From positions 37,076,001 through 37,140,000 of the forward strand of contig NC_087247.1 in the NCBI RefSeq assembly GCF_037042905.1: a stretch of 64,000 nt of DNA, written 5' to 3'. Below the pieces are notes generated by a model, which saw nothing but the letters and a program-made list of their open reading frames with translations, did no database searches and had not been told where the DNA came from. Each line of letters begins with the position of its first letter. Within the stretch, counting starts at the first letter, position 1. This DNA comes from Lytechinus pictus. Lineage: Eukaryota. Shown piece by piece: positions 35,607-50,455 of this stretch. Position numbers and translations under genes: made by a program.

Positions 35607-38600
35607 ATACCCTTATCCACCTTTTTGCCTGGCTTAAATATTTTGGCAATCAAAACAGCTTTCACAATCACATGCAGATTTTGGCTGGCAAAACAGATTG
35701 GAAAGGACTATCATCTGACCAGATAAAAAGTCTGTGATGCAAAGACTAATCAATGCCATTGACAGTGACCCTGACCAACAAGTGGCCACTGTCCAGTCAC
35801 TATTGTTTGTATATCCTCCCAAGAGGAAGGTCATCTGCTCACAGACACACAGGAGATAGCTCAGGTCAAATGGGGTCACAGTGAACCAAAAGGCTGGGAG
35901 GAGAAAGATGTGTCCCATCATGCCCTGGGGAGAGTGATGTGTCTCCAAGGGGACTATGGCTGCCTTGTCCTCCATGTTCAGGTTCAATGTTTGAGAGGTC
36001 AAAGGTCTTTGTCCTGGATCTTCAGCAATAAAACACGACCAGACAGACTTGTGTTTATCACGTACACACGATTAGCCTTCATAAGGGTCATTTCTTCTAT
36101 TGCTGATTCACCCAATATTACTATCTTCCCTAAAGAACTGAATGATGTATGAATTGTTATTCTTTTCATATCATAATGTAAATATAGCTTCTTATCAAAT
36201 TATTAGGCGAAATAAGATGTAAATCTTGACTGCAGTCATTTCAATCACCTCAATTCAGAATATTTTCAGGATTTTTCTGAATCTTTATATAAAACTATTA
36301 ACGAAAATAATATTTTTTCATTTTAATTGTAATTTGTGAAGCATGTAATAAAATATAGCAACATTTTGGAATTTTAAAATGAATATAGGTTGTTATCATT
36401 GATCAGATTGGAAAAAATAACACTAATTTAAAACAGACAGCTAGATATGGAGAGCTAGCTGAAGACAGCTCAAAAATATGAATGAGCACACATGCCAGGT
36501 CAATGCTCTCAATTTTAGGCTAGGCTATACCTACAAGCAGACGAGAAATACAGATTTTAATCAAGATAAAAGCTATGAATTGCTAACATTCTCTGTAAAC
36601 AAAAATACCCCCTCTCAATCCGAGGAGTAGCTATTCTTTGATCCCAGGGAGAATACCGGTAGTTTAAAATCAGATTAGATGTCAGCTTGATGTTTAACGG
36701 GGGTCATACAGGTGAAATGGGTGATGCGGTCCCCTTGCTTCCATCTGAATGGCGTTCTTATGAGGACATCTCTTTTTGGAATTCCTTCCTGTTATTGCTG
36801 ACAATAGTGGAATGAAGCCCCCACGGTAACCTACAATTTCCTGCATGGTTTGAGGGCAGACTATCGAGGGACGAGCGAGCTCCCATCTTCCTCAAGTTAT
36901 TTTGGCAAGATGGACAATTTGACACCCTCTACACCCTAACACACAGCAAGGTCTTAGTTGGAGCATGGACTTACACTAGTAGATATTCACTTTCTACCTC
37001 TGATGTCCAATTCATACTAAATGCCCCTTTAAAACTTAACTTGAAACCAAGAATAAAATGTGAAGATTTTGAACTTAACTGTATTACATCATCATGAGTA
37101 GCCTTCAAGACCTGATTTTGTAGAGAGAAAAATAATGATATTAAGAGCAAAATATAGGCTCTATGTTCTTACTTTCCTGATATCAATCAAGTTAGGATTG
37201 TAGGTTCGGACTTAAATTGGCCTCCCAGACTTGTACTGCATTACAAAGGAGACCAAATTTATAATTTCAACTAAAATTATCCTAATCCTATGAGATCCTG
37301 AAAAGGCTGGAATCTCACTGCCAGGGTATATAAATAGCAAGAATGAATTCACAAACCAGCCCCTTCTATATTGGCTACAAATCAAATTTTCATAAAACTG
37401 TAACATTAGCTCAAAATACACAGTCTCTGGGGTTTTACATCTAGGTTATTCATTTACACACATTAAACATGATAAAAATATTCAATGTGCTGATTAACAT
37501 GTCTCGTTCCTGTCTGGCCAAAAATTGACCTTCAAACATTCATTAAAAATGTCAGTCAGCGAGCGAATAACTGACATTACCTTTGTCTGGGCAGTCCGAG
37601 CTAAAATGTCTGGGGTATTCCCAAAGAAGTTTTTTTACTATGAAATAATCTCCTTGTGATTCATCAGTGACCATCTAAGTAATGATGTAAGTCAACAGTT
37701 GTAATGGAAACATGAATGATAGAACTGCGATCGAATAACCAACTTTCCCTTTCCGGACATAGCCTCTTGGCATCTATTCCAAATCTAATTTGTTTATCTG
37801 TTTTTTCTTCTTTATAAATAGAATATCACCATAAAGTAATCCACATTGTTTACTGTAACACTCCTAATTATACAAAATATTCTCACTTCTGTTAGAGTGA
37901 TGGATATCCCTCAAATCTTTGCTATTACTGTGTTTTCATCCTATTCTCACTGATCATAGATTGAACATTGTGATATTTTCTTATATATAATGACATGCCA
38001 CAAAGAACCTTTTTAGTAGAAAACCTTAACCTAAATACATATTGCTATCAGTATCAGTAAAGCGACTAAGTCAGAACTTAGGAAATCCTAGGTCAATTCA
38101 TTTGACTTTGGAACAATAATTTCGAATTTTAATAGGATGATCAATCTTTAATACTTATCCCCTACTCTTTCGTTCATTATTTTGTTTCCTATTTTCTTTG
38201 TTTTTTATATTTTCATTTTATGTTCCTTTATTAAATGACTCAGAATGTTCTCCTGCCTGCAAAATTGTCATGCTTCATAGATTTAAAATCATTGTTACAT
38301 AATTTAAATTCCAGTAGCACTTATCTAGCAACTCTTTTAAGCGTACAAGGGGAAATTCGGAATGCATCAATTTCAATAGACCATTAGACAGGAGGTCTTC
38401 CATGTGTAGTATTCTCCCCGATTCCTACTTCAAAATGGCTGCCCAGCCTTCCTTTCTCTCTACTGGACAATCTTGAGCATTTAAAAGCGTCCTTATCCAT
38501 CTCGGCTACTCTTAACGGAAAGAAAACTTTGGATCAGGGTAGGATTGTAAACCTAAACCCCATCTTACTCTCTCCTTCATGTTCATCCAGATCCTTGCAA

Positions 38601-38974
38601 CCCATTGCCATGTTGACTCACATTATGAGCAAAAATATCCTGGGGTACTGAACTACTTGGAGGTCTGGGCCAGATAAAAGAGGACTCTGTTATCACCTGA
38701 GCAGAGGTTGGGTTGGGATGCAAGGCAAGATAGATGTTCCATCAGAAATAATGGGCACTGATGTAATGTAATGCTCTCAGTATGTTTGGACTGCGGGTAA
38801 TAGCATCCGACAAATTACTATCTAAATTCCCCTAATTGCGCTTCGATACACCCTCCTGGATGCATCTACAATGCCCATATAAGAGTTCGGTCATGATTAG
38901 GGATTCATTGAAATGTAATGTGTGTCATTGGCTACTCATAATCCTGCCCTACGGTGTATTTGAAATGTATTTGA

Positions 38975-39016
38975 AAATCAGTATATCTCAAATCAGTATT
39001 TGAGATATACTGATTT
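38975..39016. repeat. Perfect 19-bp inverted repeat with 4-nt spacer
   Basis: AAATCAGTATATCTCAAAT-CAGT-ATTTGAGATATACTGATTT. Confidence 0.95.
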
Positions 39017-42000
39017 AGCCCTCCCTAATTGCCAAAGACTGCCAGAATCGTAGCAGTAACTACTTCCAATGAAAATGTTTGTCTCCTTCAAATATTTAAA
39101 AACATTTCTTCAAATTCTAATAAATAGGCCCTACAGAAATAGAAAACCAAACAAATTTTATTTGTATTGTCACAAGTTCACAACAGAAGTCAACCAAGGG
39201 TATATAATGTCCTTCTGCATTACCACAACATATGTGTATGTGCTTATATTTTATTCATTTCCTGATTCAAAGAAGTACATTACCACTATAATGATTCTAT
39301 CCCAGACAGGGGAAAGTGCAATTGAGCTGCAAGGCACAAGTCCATGGACTGTGCAACTGTTCACTTGATCAACAGAGTGACGATACATTTCAGAAACTGT
39401 GCCCCCTGAAACATCACATACAGCTAGGACATGAGATCAAGCTTCTTCTATCTTCTAATGCTGGTGCCCTCTTTGGTTGAGCAAAAAATAAGCTATCAAT
39501 GGCTTTTTTATTAATATTTTCCCCTAAGTGTAATCTTACTTCACATATTTTGCCCCAACATTACCTGCACCATATGACCACCCTCCCCATAAAAGATAAA
39601 ATGTTAAGTTATATAAATCCTAGAAACTTTTATAGACACACCTCTGTTGTCATTTGAATATAAAGAAACTACCCATAAAGAAGGTCTAGACTCTAAACTA
39701 GCAGACTACAGTCGACAAATAAGAATTCTGCGATGGTCACTCAGAGGTTGCATACAGACTGGATTCAAGATGGCTGCCTCCTCAAACTTGACCACTTGTG
39801 TACATGGTAACTATGGACTTGGTTTATCAGAATGACATAACTTCCTGTCTGTGGTTTTCTATTATTAGTACACTACCTGTTGTAGACCTTCATAACCAAC
39901 AATTGAGTAACTGACATTTGTTTGGCTGGAACTTTGTCCTTTTAATTGCGTGATAAACAACTAGTTTCAGGGTAATAATATAGCTGGCTCTCAAGTAAGC
40001 TTATCCTGCACTTTATTTCACAATAGTAGTAGGAATGGGCAGAAAATCATATTTAATCTCTTCATTCTTACATCTTTTCTGTACCTCCCAATCCAGCATT
40101 ACAAATGAGAATTGCACGAAGTTTGCTCTATCGAAACTGCTCTGATGGAGTAACTCTCCATTTGCTCATTAAACTAAATTTTAATCTTAACCCCCAAATT
40201 AGCCCTTAACGTTAATCTTAATCCTCACATTAACCTTAACCACAACTCTGGGATGAATTAATAAATATAAATAGCAAAAGCTTGCAAGTTCCTGCTTCAA
40301 GAATAGGTTTAATCAAAAGCTTATACCGTACAACTGCACATAATTAGAAGTACTTGCTTATATCATTTGTCATCAAATCATCACCAATTATAACTATAAA
40401 CAGAAGAGGGCTTCTAGCATGTGCAAATCAAAAGCTGCGACATGCCTTCTTTTTTTTCACACCAACCTGACTAGTACCCTTTTAAGGCAAGCAACATATT
40501 TTCCTACAAGCAATAGCTTATTTTCATACTGTTTCAAACAAAAGATTAGCATTAAGCTGAGAGGCAATGGATATTTCTGACACTTTCTGCTATCTTAAAC
40601 AACCCTTTAACTCTAACTTACCCTAATAATTAAGACTGGACTCATTCTTGCAGGAGCAGTGTTGTGTCATCCAATTATTGCAATACTTTCAGCAGATGGG
40701 ACAGATAGTGAAATATCATGAGCAATATCCTTCTATTTTTTAAAACTGATTTCAATGCAATATCACAACCCACAGTTATAGGACAAGAATACAGACTAAT
40801 TGCTTACCTCTCACTGAAAATCAAGTGATTAGTTTTATCACCAAATTTAAAAAGTGTGAGGATTTCAACATTAAGTATGACCTTCATAAGCAAGTATATT
40901 TAAAAGGATATTTGCTGCTAAAATTGATATTTGAAAGCTTAAATTTTTAAGAGAAAATAACAGAAAGCTATTGGTAATTAATCACTATAAAGCATGTTGG
41001 AGCAGAAGAATGAGATTTATTTAAAATATCTGCTGCTGATGTTGTTATTACTACTCCTACTACTACTACGCTGATTATCAAACCAATGGGAATGACCATC
41101 CTTTCTGTGAGATGGCTCATCTAACACTCACCAACAATGGTCTAGTTCTCAGAGACGATGATTGAATCACATTTATCTTAATGCCATTTTACCCTTTTGT
41201 TTCTGTCATCAAAGAATTGTCTATATTCTTCACCAGCTAGATACTGTCAGCCCTGATAAATTCATCTTTTGTAGGTCACCCACCCCAACTCCTCTCCTCT
41301 AGGAACTAAGAAATCTCCTCTCAATAGCCAGCATGAATAGAATACAGATGGGACTGGGAGAATACAAAAACACTGAACTATACTTCATGTGCCAGTCACC
41401 AAAAGCACAGGGAATTGTTGGCCTAAATATTGGAGCTTCCCTTCATGTCCACTCAATGGTCAGAGGTGGTCCGAGACGGTCACAGCAGCCGGCAAAACCG
41501 AAACTTCTCCCCGAGCAGATTTGGAAGCGAGACAGGCAACGAAAGGGTCCATATGGGTCAGTTCAATGATGGAAAGGGATTGCGGAGAACTAAACTTGAT
41601 GATCCCCCTGCAAATCCATGATCAATAGGTCATTGGAACCTAGCTACAGCAATGAAGGCACAGACAAAAGTCTTTTAAAAAGTACATGAAAGCAGTTACC
41701 TTCCTCCTTGCTGACTTAAAAGATACATACTTTCTTTCTAAAAAGAAATTTGTCTTGATTTGCACAAGCCAACTCACTGCCACCAAAGTGATTATGATAA
41801 ATAGGTTGGTATTAATATTGGGTCAGGGGAATAAGACTGCCAGATTTGTCAAGTATGGGACTTTTAACAAAAGGTCAATATTTCAAACATCAAACACAAA
41901 GGCAGGTTATGAGATCAAACTTGAAATATGAGCAAATATCACAGTTGGGATTTTAAAGAGTTGTAAAAAAATGCATCAAGATCCATCATGGTCAAAAAGA

Positions 42001-42419
42001 GTTATTTTGACAGTTTGACTTTCTGAATTCCTCCACAAAGATGAAAACAATCATTGATTTGATTTGTGGTATGCAAATCCAAATCTAATGTCCTCTCAAG
42101 TCAACTAAAACCAAACTTTCACAAATGCATTCATTTTAAGCATAATTATCAAAATATTCCTCTGAAAATTGCAACCTAATCAATTCTCTATTAATGTACA
42201 TGCTAACATATTGCATGTGAATGATATCTAATAAACTTCCTGAAAATCTGCCAATATAATGGAATATCAAGGATTTCTAAAACATGTTTTTTTCCTCAAA
42301 GGATGGGGGCGGGATGCATCAAGCAAAGTATTTACATGCGAACCTATATTGGTAGCATGCCTAATAAGTATATCAAAAGAGAACTGATTAAATAAGGGGG
42401 GTATGGGGTGAGTACTTAC

Positions 42420-42525
42420 ACATGCCCAAGTTCATGAGCCATAGTGAAAGCAGCACTTAAACCATTGTCTTCTACAATTGAGCAGCTCCTAAGAGGGTCA
42501 CACACAGTCCCAAGTTCAGCAAGAC
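42420..42525 (-). CDS. ADAMTS9: ADAMTS9/20-like exon, 106 nt: [35 protein letters not shown], first half of the zinc-binding motif
   Basis: gacag|GT...CATGT|gtaagt; HExxH motif; overlaps ORF-track entry 42416..42613. Confidence 0.96.
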
Positions 42526-45500
42526 CTGTCAAAAAAATGAACAAACAAACAATGTCAATAATTCCAAATAATTCATTTTTCATATAGTTGTGTATCCTGA
42601 TTTCCAACCTCAATCTTTACTGATGGATTGAAATTTTTAATTATCAAAAATGCAATAGTATTTTGCTTGTGAGAACATCATTATTATGAATTTACATTAT
42701 CAAGCTTTAAAAAAAAACACAACTCATACATTTCAATCATCAACCTTACAAATTAAAATGTCATCTTTCTCAATTTTTTTTCTGTTACAAGGTTTATATT
42801 ACCAAAAGAAAATCAGATTTTCAATATCACAGAGTGTCATCCATTGAAATGTAAGGATATGACAATGATGCATGACTGGTACATTGATTTATGGAGGTAA
42901 CATCAAGGGCATCAAAATTACCCCAGGATGATTTTCTTTCAGAATTCTAACCAACAAATTATGAAATGATCAGTTTCTCAGTCAAGATTGAGATCTTGTC
43001 ATTTCACATTCTCATTTATATTTGAAGGAAAACAAATCTCAAAATTCTATGGGTTATTGGGTTCAACCACTCCCTTGTATTTAAAGCACCTAGTAAAAAA
43101 GTTGTCTTCTTCATTATATTCTACCACTATTCATGCAGGCATTAAATATTTCACATCCATGTTAAAAAAAAAGAAATTAAAGTCACCATCAATCAATGTC
43201 AAATAAAGCAAAATAGATCATCCAATGGGGTAGATTGTTGGGTTTCCCATAATAAAAAGTTTTTTTTATCACACAATCATACAATATACAACTACCAAGG
43301 ATTCAAAAGATGACATCATAATTCATAGACCATCAATAACAGCTTTTATCAAGATTTTATGATATCTCCATTTTTCCAATATCATACTATAATTGAAATT
43401 TGTTTTCAACTCAGATCTACTCTATCCTTTGCTGGTGACTAGCCAAAATATTCGCCTTTTAAAGGATTAATGCCTTAATCTTGCATCCCCATAGCGATTT
43501 AGCATTCAGAACAATACATTTATAGTTCCTGATAAATGCATCCCCTATTCTTTCCGTTTCAGCGGTAGTCCAAGAATGTGGATGAAAACATGAATCAGGA
43601 AGCCCCTCTAAACCACCATGCATCAAAGTCATATGAATCAAGTACACTCTAGAGTCAAGGAATATGAGAAGAACATATCCTCAGGGTGGAAATCAGTATT
43701 CTGTCATGGATAAGTCATGTCTAACAACAAGTCCAATAAACAAGGTTGTCTTTTTACATATTCAAGCCCCCCTCCCCCTCCCACTCCCCCATCCAATTTC
43801 TTCCATCACTTCCTCCAATAAGTCAAACCCCATTACCAATAGTAACTTCTATTCATCCACTTTGATGGTTCTCTAGCAATCCTCAGAAGATCATGCTAAG
43901 TTAATCATCATCATGTCTTCATCATGTCGGCTAATTGTTGATGAGACTAGAATGCCCTGTATAGCCCCCTCTAGGGAGGGTGTACTAATCCTGATGAAGC
44001 AATCAAAGGGTAATACACTGCAAGGTATCTGATCTATCAATGGGAAGGAAGGAAGCAACAAGAGAGGAAAATACTCCTTGTTCAGACTATTGTTCAAGCG
44101 AACAGCAACTAGTCTTGTCTTTTTAACCCCCTAGTTCATGCCAATTTTTGCTAGCAAATTTGCTAATTGCATAGAAAGGATTCATACAGCACTGTAGCAG
44201 ATGGCAATGGCAACCCCCCCCCCCATCCCACCCCAAGAATTTCATTCACTTTACATTAAATAAAAACAGCTGTGTCCCATTAATTTGCACTCCATGTTGC
44301 ACTCTCTCCTCCAAATTTTGTGAGCAAATCCATGAATTGTGAAGAGTGTTGGGAGGGGAAAGAGTTTTCTATTAAGAGTATTTTCTAAGGCACAGGGAAT
44401 TCCTCCCCTCGGGTAACAGTCTGAATGTAGGCCTTGTTGCCAGACAGGGATGGACAGAGGATCATGTTGTTACAACCAACATAAAAGAAAAATAGAACAT
44501 AGTGTCATGAAGGGGGGAACCAACCAACAACAAAAAACTAGGTTAGTGGAGCACAAAGGTAGGCATTTCTTTCTAATAAAAAAAGCTGGAAAAAAGAAGC
44601 TAAATAAATTTTACAAGATTGCTCTTGGGGGAGCCTTTGCAGGAATAAGTCATAAAGACAGAGATGAGATAAGGAGAATCAGTCACCAAAAAACATTTCC
44701 TCTTGGTAAATTGATTTCTAAGCATCCATCTTGATGATGTGAATGATAGCTTTCCTGTCTTTACCAATCATCACTGACAGCATCACACTGTGATCGATCA
44801 GTCATAGACAAAACTTTTTCATTTCCAGATGCTATTAATATGATATTTTCAGGGGAAACGTTTTACATGATTGCTGCCAGCTGGAGATTAGAAAGAGAGC
44901 AAGTTGAAGGATATAAAAAAGGATATTGTAAGAATGAGAAGGATGAATGAATACTTCTTGATCTTGATTGTGTGTCTGATAAATAATTGGAAGTATCTAA
45001 ACATTCTGAGCCATAATCATGAAAAAAATAGAATCACTTGCTGATCTTTTTTTAAACTTCAAGCATTTATGTTACACTGTAAAAGTGTTCAATTATTAGT
45101 GGCCTTTAAAAGAAAACATAATCCTTGGGTTATTTTGACAATTTTAAAATTCATCAGATTCAACAATAGTTGCTTTTTAACTTTCCATGTAAACAGGATG
45201 ATATGGGTGAAAATTAGCATAAAATTTATATGGCAGCATGGAAGATTGAAACTTGTGAAACAAAGTTAACTCTCAAGAAGTTTGTAAAAGCTTCTGCTAA
45301 GGGACAGGACTGTAGTTTTCATGTCCCTAAAGATTTCAAATTCACAGGGTGAAATTACAATGTATCGAGTTGCAAGTGAATTCATATGAAATAATTCTAC
45401 TTTGTTACAATTTTTCATTGCTGTCTTGCATACAATGCAAGTATATCAGGTTCCCCCTGTCTCTATTCCAATTTCTTAATTTATTCTGTCATTATAGAGA

Positions 45501-45845
45501 GTAAAACCTATCTTTTCTTTCTGCTGTCAGGTTTAGATCTGAGTCATCAGCAAATCGGATCTCCTGAAACATTTGAGATGAACTTCATATGATTTGAATT
45601 CACCCATCCCATGGGATATGTATTTGGAGTACAAGTGCTGACATGAGAGACAAGATAATTCTCCTAGGAATTGTTAAAGACCAACCCTGGTAATCTAAAA
45701 TAAACCTTTTAGGACAAAAGTAACACATTTATGAGGGTATTAACATGCTTTAAGATGTTTTGAGGCTTTGCCAGTAAGGGTTGGTATATTAAAAGGCTCT
45801 GTTATAATCCATTTTCTGGAATATCATGAACTTTCAATTATCTTA

Positions 45846-46245
45846 TACCCCTTTCATAAACCCAATAAAACCTATCCTCCAATTAGCCGCCTAAGAGTAA
45901 TGCGGATAATTCAATAAAAATTGCGTTCACAAACTCCGAAAATTATCCGCATTATTTTTACGAGCGCCCGTCCTGAAATAGACGGATAATCATCATGACA
46001 ACTGGACACGCCCCCTCCGATGCGGTTGTGTTGGAAAAGGGTGACCTTGTGACCGCACCATGGCAATTATCCGCATTATTTGGAAATACGTTCATAAACT
46101 CAAAATCTTGTCCCGATGCCGCTATTATGCAGATAATAGCAGCATCAGAATAATGCGGATAACTCTTGTCCTCCTCTAATTTTACGACCAAATTATGCTG
46201 CTATTAGCCGCATAATTGGGTTTTATTGGGTTTATGAACAGGGTA
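45846..46245 (-). mobile_element. 400-bp MITE, copy A (inverted relative to copy B)
   Basis: 27-bp TIRs TACCCCTTTCATAAACCCAATAAAACC; TWA flanks; internal TAATGCGGATAAT motifs in both orientations; about 8 differences from copy B counted by eye. Confidence 0.92.
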
Positions 46246-47125
46246 TAAAACTCTATATCCATGATATCATCCTGCTCATATATGTTCCTGGATTCTACTT
46301 TGCTGTATGGATTAAACTTATGACTTTGTGAACATGTTTGAAAATGACCATATGTACATGCCTATATAATCATTGAGTTTACATTCATATTTCTTTGATT
46401 GCAATTTTTAGGAATGCTTAACTATATTCAGAAATGCAAACAAATTCTTTATAAAGGAGATGAAACTTAATTCTTTACATTCAGGAAGAAGTTTATTCTT
46501 TGGCTATTAGGCTCCACAGAATATCAGAGCAATTGATTTTAAAAGTTGTAAAAGTTTTTATGTCAAATAAGACTTGTTTTCCCTATAATAAATGCAATAA
46601 ATTTCATTTTAAGGGTTTATGACTTAATAATATTTCTCATCGAAGCACTATGAAATAAGGTGTCTGATGATAGAATACAAAATAATTCACAATTATCTGG
46701 GAATATGACGCTTTTATGTTACATAAGTTGAGCTGTTCTGATGTGATTTCACAAATCTAAAATATACAAAATTATTCTTTAATGAATTTTAACAACTTCA
46801 TGGACTAATTTGTAATTTTCTGCTTTTATCAAAACCAACTCTATATCAGGGGCAACTTCCCCTTTAAAAGAATAAAAAAATGTGAGAAGCATGAGTTTAA
46901 GCGAAGATGATTATCGATTAAGGATGTCTCCATAATGACTACTGAAAGCTGACATGAGGCACATACAGGTCAAATGCTTGATCGTTCATGGGTCAAAGGT
47001 TAAAGATGTGTCTGAACAACTAGTTGTTACAATGTTCATCATCAAGGGAAGACAAATTATGTTGTACTTCCAACGTGGTCCTTGCAAAGGAGGATAAGAC
47101 CATGTTCACAGTCATAATCTCAATA

Positions 47126-47525
47126 GGGCCGTCTGCACCATCCCGAGTTTTCAAATTAGCGCGCTATTTCTGATCCTACAAATTATCCCGATCTGAACAA
47201 TCTTGAGATTATTTGCAATGGAGACGCAATTATCGCGCTAGTTCGTAGGATTAATCTCGAGATTGCAAAACCCAAGTCAACTTGGGGTTATTTGCAAAAT
47301 AGCGCGCTATTTTACGAATTATCGCGCTAATTCGTAGGTGCAGACGCACTCTGGATTATTTATTCAGGGCGTCAGACCATAATGCATCGATGCCTCGCTC
47401 AAGCAGGAATCGCTCTTCTTGCGATGGTGGAGACGGGGTTTCTTGAATCTCGAGATTAATCGCGAAGAGGGCCGATCGGGCTAAAATCTCGAGATTGAGC
47501 AAACTCGGGATGGTGCAGCACCGCC
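47126..47525. mobile_element. 400-bp TA-flanked MITE
   Basis: TIR core CTGCACCATCCCGAGTTT / AAACTCGGGATGGTGCAG; internal TAGCGCGCTA, ATTATCGCGCTA and AATCTCGAGATT motifs. Confidence 0.88.
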
Positions 47526-50455
47526 TAAAGACCACATCTTGAGGTGATATTCTGGACTGGTCCAGAGTACTGCTTACGATTGATTTATGCGCTCAGTCCA
47601 ACTAGACCAGTCCTCATCTGATCAGTCCAGAGTGGATCAGTAAAATAAAATGTCAGTTAAATGGGGTTAGGTTTGGATAAAAACTTGGATAATAGAGTTT
47701 TAGATTTTCTATCAAGATCAAGATTTTATTATCCAACACATCATTTAGGCCAGTCAATATCTACCAGATGCAATTCTTTCACATTGTAAAGATTTCAGCC
47801 AGCCAAACATTTTGCATTGCATCATCAGCCTTAACATCCATCTAAAGCCCTCATACATGCACGCATGACATTTGATTATGGCTGGACAAAACTCTACGGT
47901 ACCCTTTTCTTACTAAATCTAAGTTGACCCTGATCAGACATGAGACAGGTCTTTGCTATTTAGCCCAAATGATCATCAGGCCAGATCCAGATTAGGGAGG
48001 AGCATTAATGCTATAAAAAGGTGTAACAATCAGGTGAGATCAATGGAAAAATACACACATGGATAAGGATTAAAAGAAGAATGATGTGGAAAGAATAGCC
48101 TGTCTGTGTTCCATACCTTATGAATGCATGCATCTCCTTGATGAGCAATGGTATGAATTCATACAAAGGTGATAATATTGATAGATGACCTGAATCCATA
48201 GATTCTTTATTTGATTATCATTTCAACGTAAACTCCAATAAAATACCAAGATATGAAGGACATTGGTTTCACTTTTTCCGGGGGACTGTAATGTTTTCTT
48301 GTGAAGCAGGATCAATATATTTTTATTAGTTATTAAATATGTGTGTGAAGACAAAACATTTGTGAGAGCTTTGCATTCTGACAGTAATTGTTCCATCCCG
48401 GGGTGAATACTGATATGCATTATTGAGTTGTTAACACCACAGGAATGGAGGTGTGATTATCATAACTTTGTAACCTCTGAGTTGACAAGAGTTTAGTCTT
48501 TCCAAAAAGTTTTGATTAGGTTGATTTTTCCAGCTATTCCCAAACCACATAGCTGATAATACAAGTAGCTTCTTGGTGGGTAGGCAATGAATCAATTTGA
48601 TTTGATACTTTAGTTAATGGTTCTAAATACACACAGAAAAGCCAACCTCTACCCACGATAAGAAACCATGGTTTTCTCGAAACTAAACGTGCCTTTTTAT
48701 CCTCCCCTTTTTTCCCTTTTCTTCTCTACATGATAGGATTTATAGAGGTTATTACTTGACCACTATCCTAGTAAAGGTTTGATTGAACAAAACAGGTTGG
48801 AATCAAACCACAGGCACAAACATTGACTTCAGGGCAAAAACAGTCCATTTTATTCTTATATTACATATTATTGTATTTACTTTGGCTTGTTTCCACACAA
48901 ACAAACAGTGATATATCTTACAAACTTTGTGAAATCCACTGCTGACTCACCGGGTATACCTTTGTTTGAAGGAGTTGGAATCCGCTTCCATACTTTGGCA
49001 TTAAAAACTGAATATAACTTCAAACGTAAATTAAAATGATTCAACTGACTGAAGCCTACAATACTATGATTTTTTTCATGAAGAACCTTGGCCCCAGAAG
49101 CTTTTAGACTCATTTCTGCTATTTTATTGTCATATTTTGTACAGACAACTATGGAAATATAAATGTCCTTATGGTTTACTCTTAAAACTTTAAATTTTGT
49201 TAAATATTTTGTTTAAATCTTTCATCCATTTTTTTTTTCAAAGACATTTGAACAATGGTGTGATGGAGGTGACTGTAGTAGCATTTGGCGCAAAGCCTTT
49301 TTCCTGTAAAAATCTTAATACCTAGGACCACTACTTTAAGAAATTCAAACATTCCTTGACTTGATATATCTGTCAAATTCAATTCAATTCAAGATGGGCA
49401 AGTTTTGCTACTTTCTAATAAAGATATGCTTGATTCCCAGAAAGGCAACCTCAGGCATAAAACTTTCAAAGTTCTCCAGAAGCTCCAATTTTCTACTGAA
49501 ACCACTCCAGGTGGTCATATTTCACTCACAATGGGGACAATTTGCAGCAACTCAACAAACAAAATCACAATTTTTGTATCAATGAATTTCTGACCACTTG
49601 AAGGTGTAAAATGGTAGGTGATTCACACTTATGGAATGTTAAGTGTATAAGAAATAGCCCCAGCCCCCCCCCCCCCCCCTTACTCCCCTGCCAGAGCACA
49701 AATAAGGATAACCAATTGACATTAGGATGATAAATGCCTCGGTCTGTGTTTGATACAGTTCTTATTGTCTGGTTTACCCCAGTTAACTTGGACTAGTCTC
49801 ACTAACCTTATCATTTTGAAAAGGAAAAACACACTGAATTCATATGAATTCCAGAAAACACACCTTTTTTTTCTCTTCGATTTAACTTTTTACTTAAAAA
49901 ACACAAAATTTTCAAATGAATAGCATATTTCACCTTGTAAATGTATCATGGGCTGAACTAGCAAAAACTGTCTTTTTACCTTTTTCTCTTGTCACAGATG
50001 TAATGGCAATATAGTTGAGTTACACCCCCCCCCCATATTTTATACATATGAGACAACACATCTTTTATGACTGTAACTTCAGTACACTGAAGGGGTTAAT
50101 ACAAACCTTTCTGAACGATAAAGCCAACAATCTTGATGAGTTAACTAAACAAGAAAGTAGCCAACAACAGGTTAATTAAATCAAGAGGACATCAAATAAT
50201 CTTCAAACCTGTACAAGAATGTTTCCAGCACTAATTTAACAATCGATGAATCAAAAAGAACAGTCCTTTCCTTAATGCCCATGTAGTTAATCGATTAATA
50301 AATGATATTTCCCTACAGGTGTTTTGTAACAAAAGAAATGTAGATCAATGTACCATCCTACAAGGCAAAACAAGGGGGTAATGACAAGGAAAGGCCCAGC
50401 TTTGTAGTCAGAACTTTATTATTTTCCTCAATCTATTGCTAACAAATCATGTGGC

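Noticed and set aside
40180-40680. TAACCC-like runs as interstitial telomeric sequence
   Set aside because: Highly degenerate; more likely the internal part of an old dispersed repeat.
41590-41716. Box C/D snoRNA (TGATGA...CTGA)
   Set aside because: Antisense to the host transcript, with no terminal stem or recognisable guide.
45958-46191. 77-aa ORF duplicated at 60242..60475, read as a small gene family
   Set aside because: Both lie wholly inside the 400-bp MITE, start at TTG and have no transposase or other motif; the duplication reflects the repeat.
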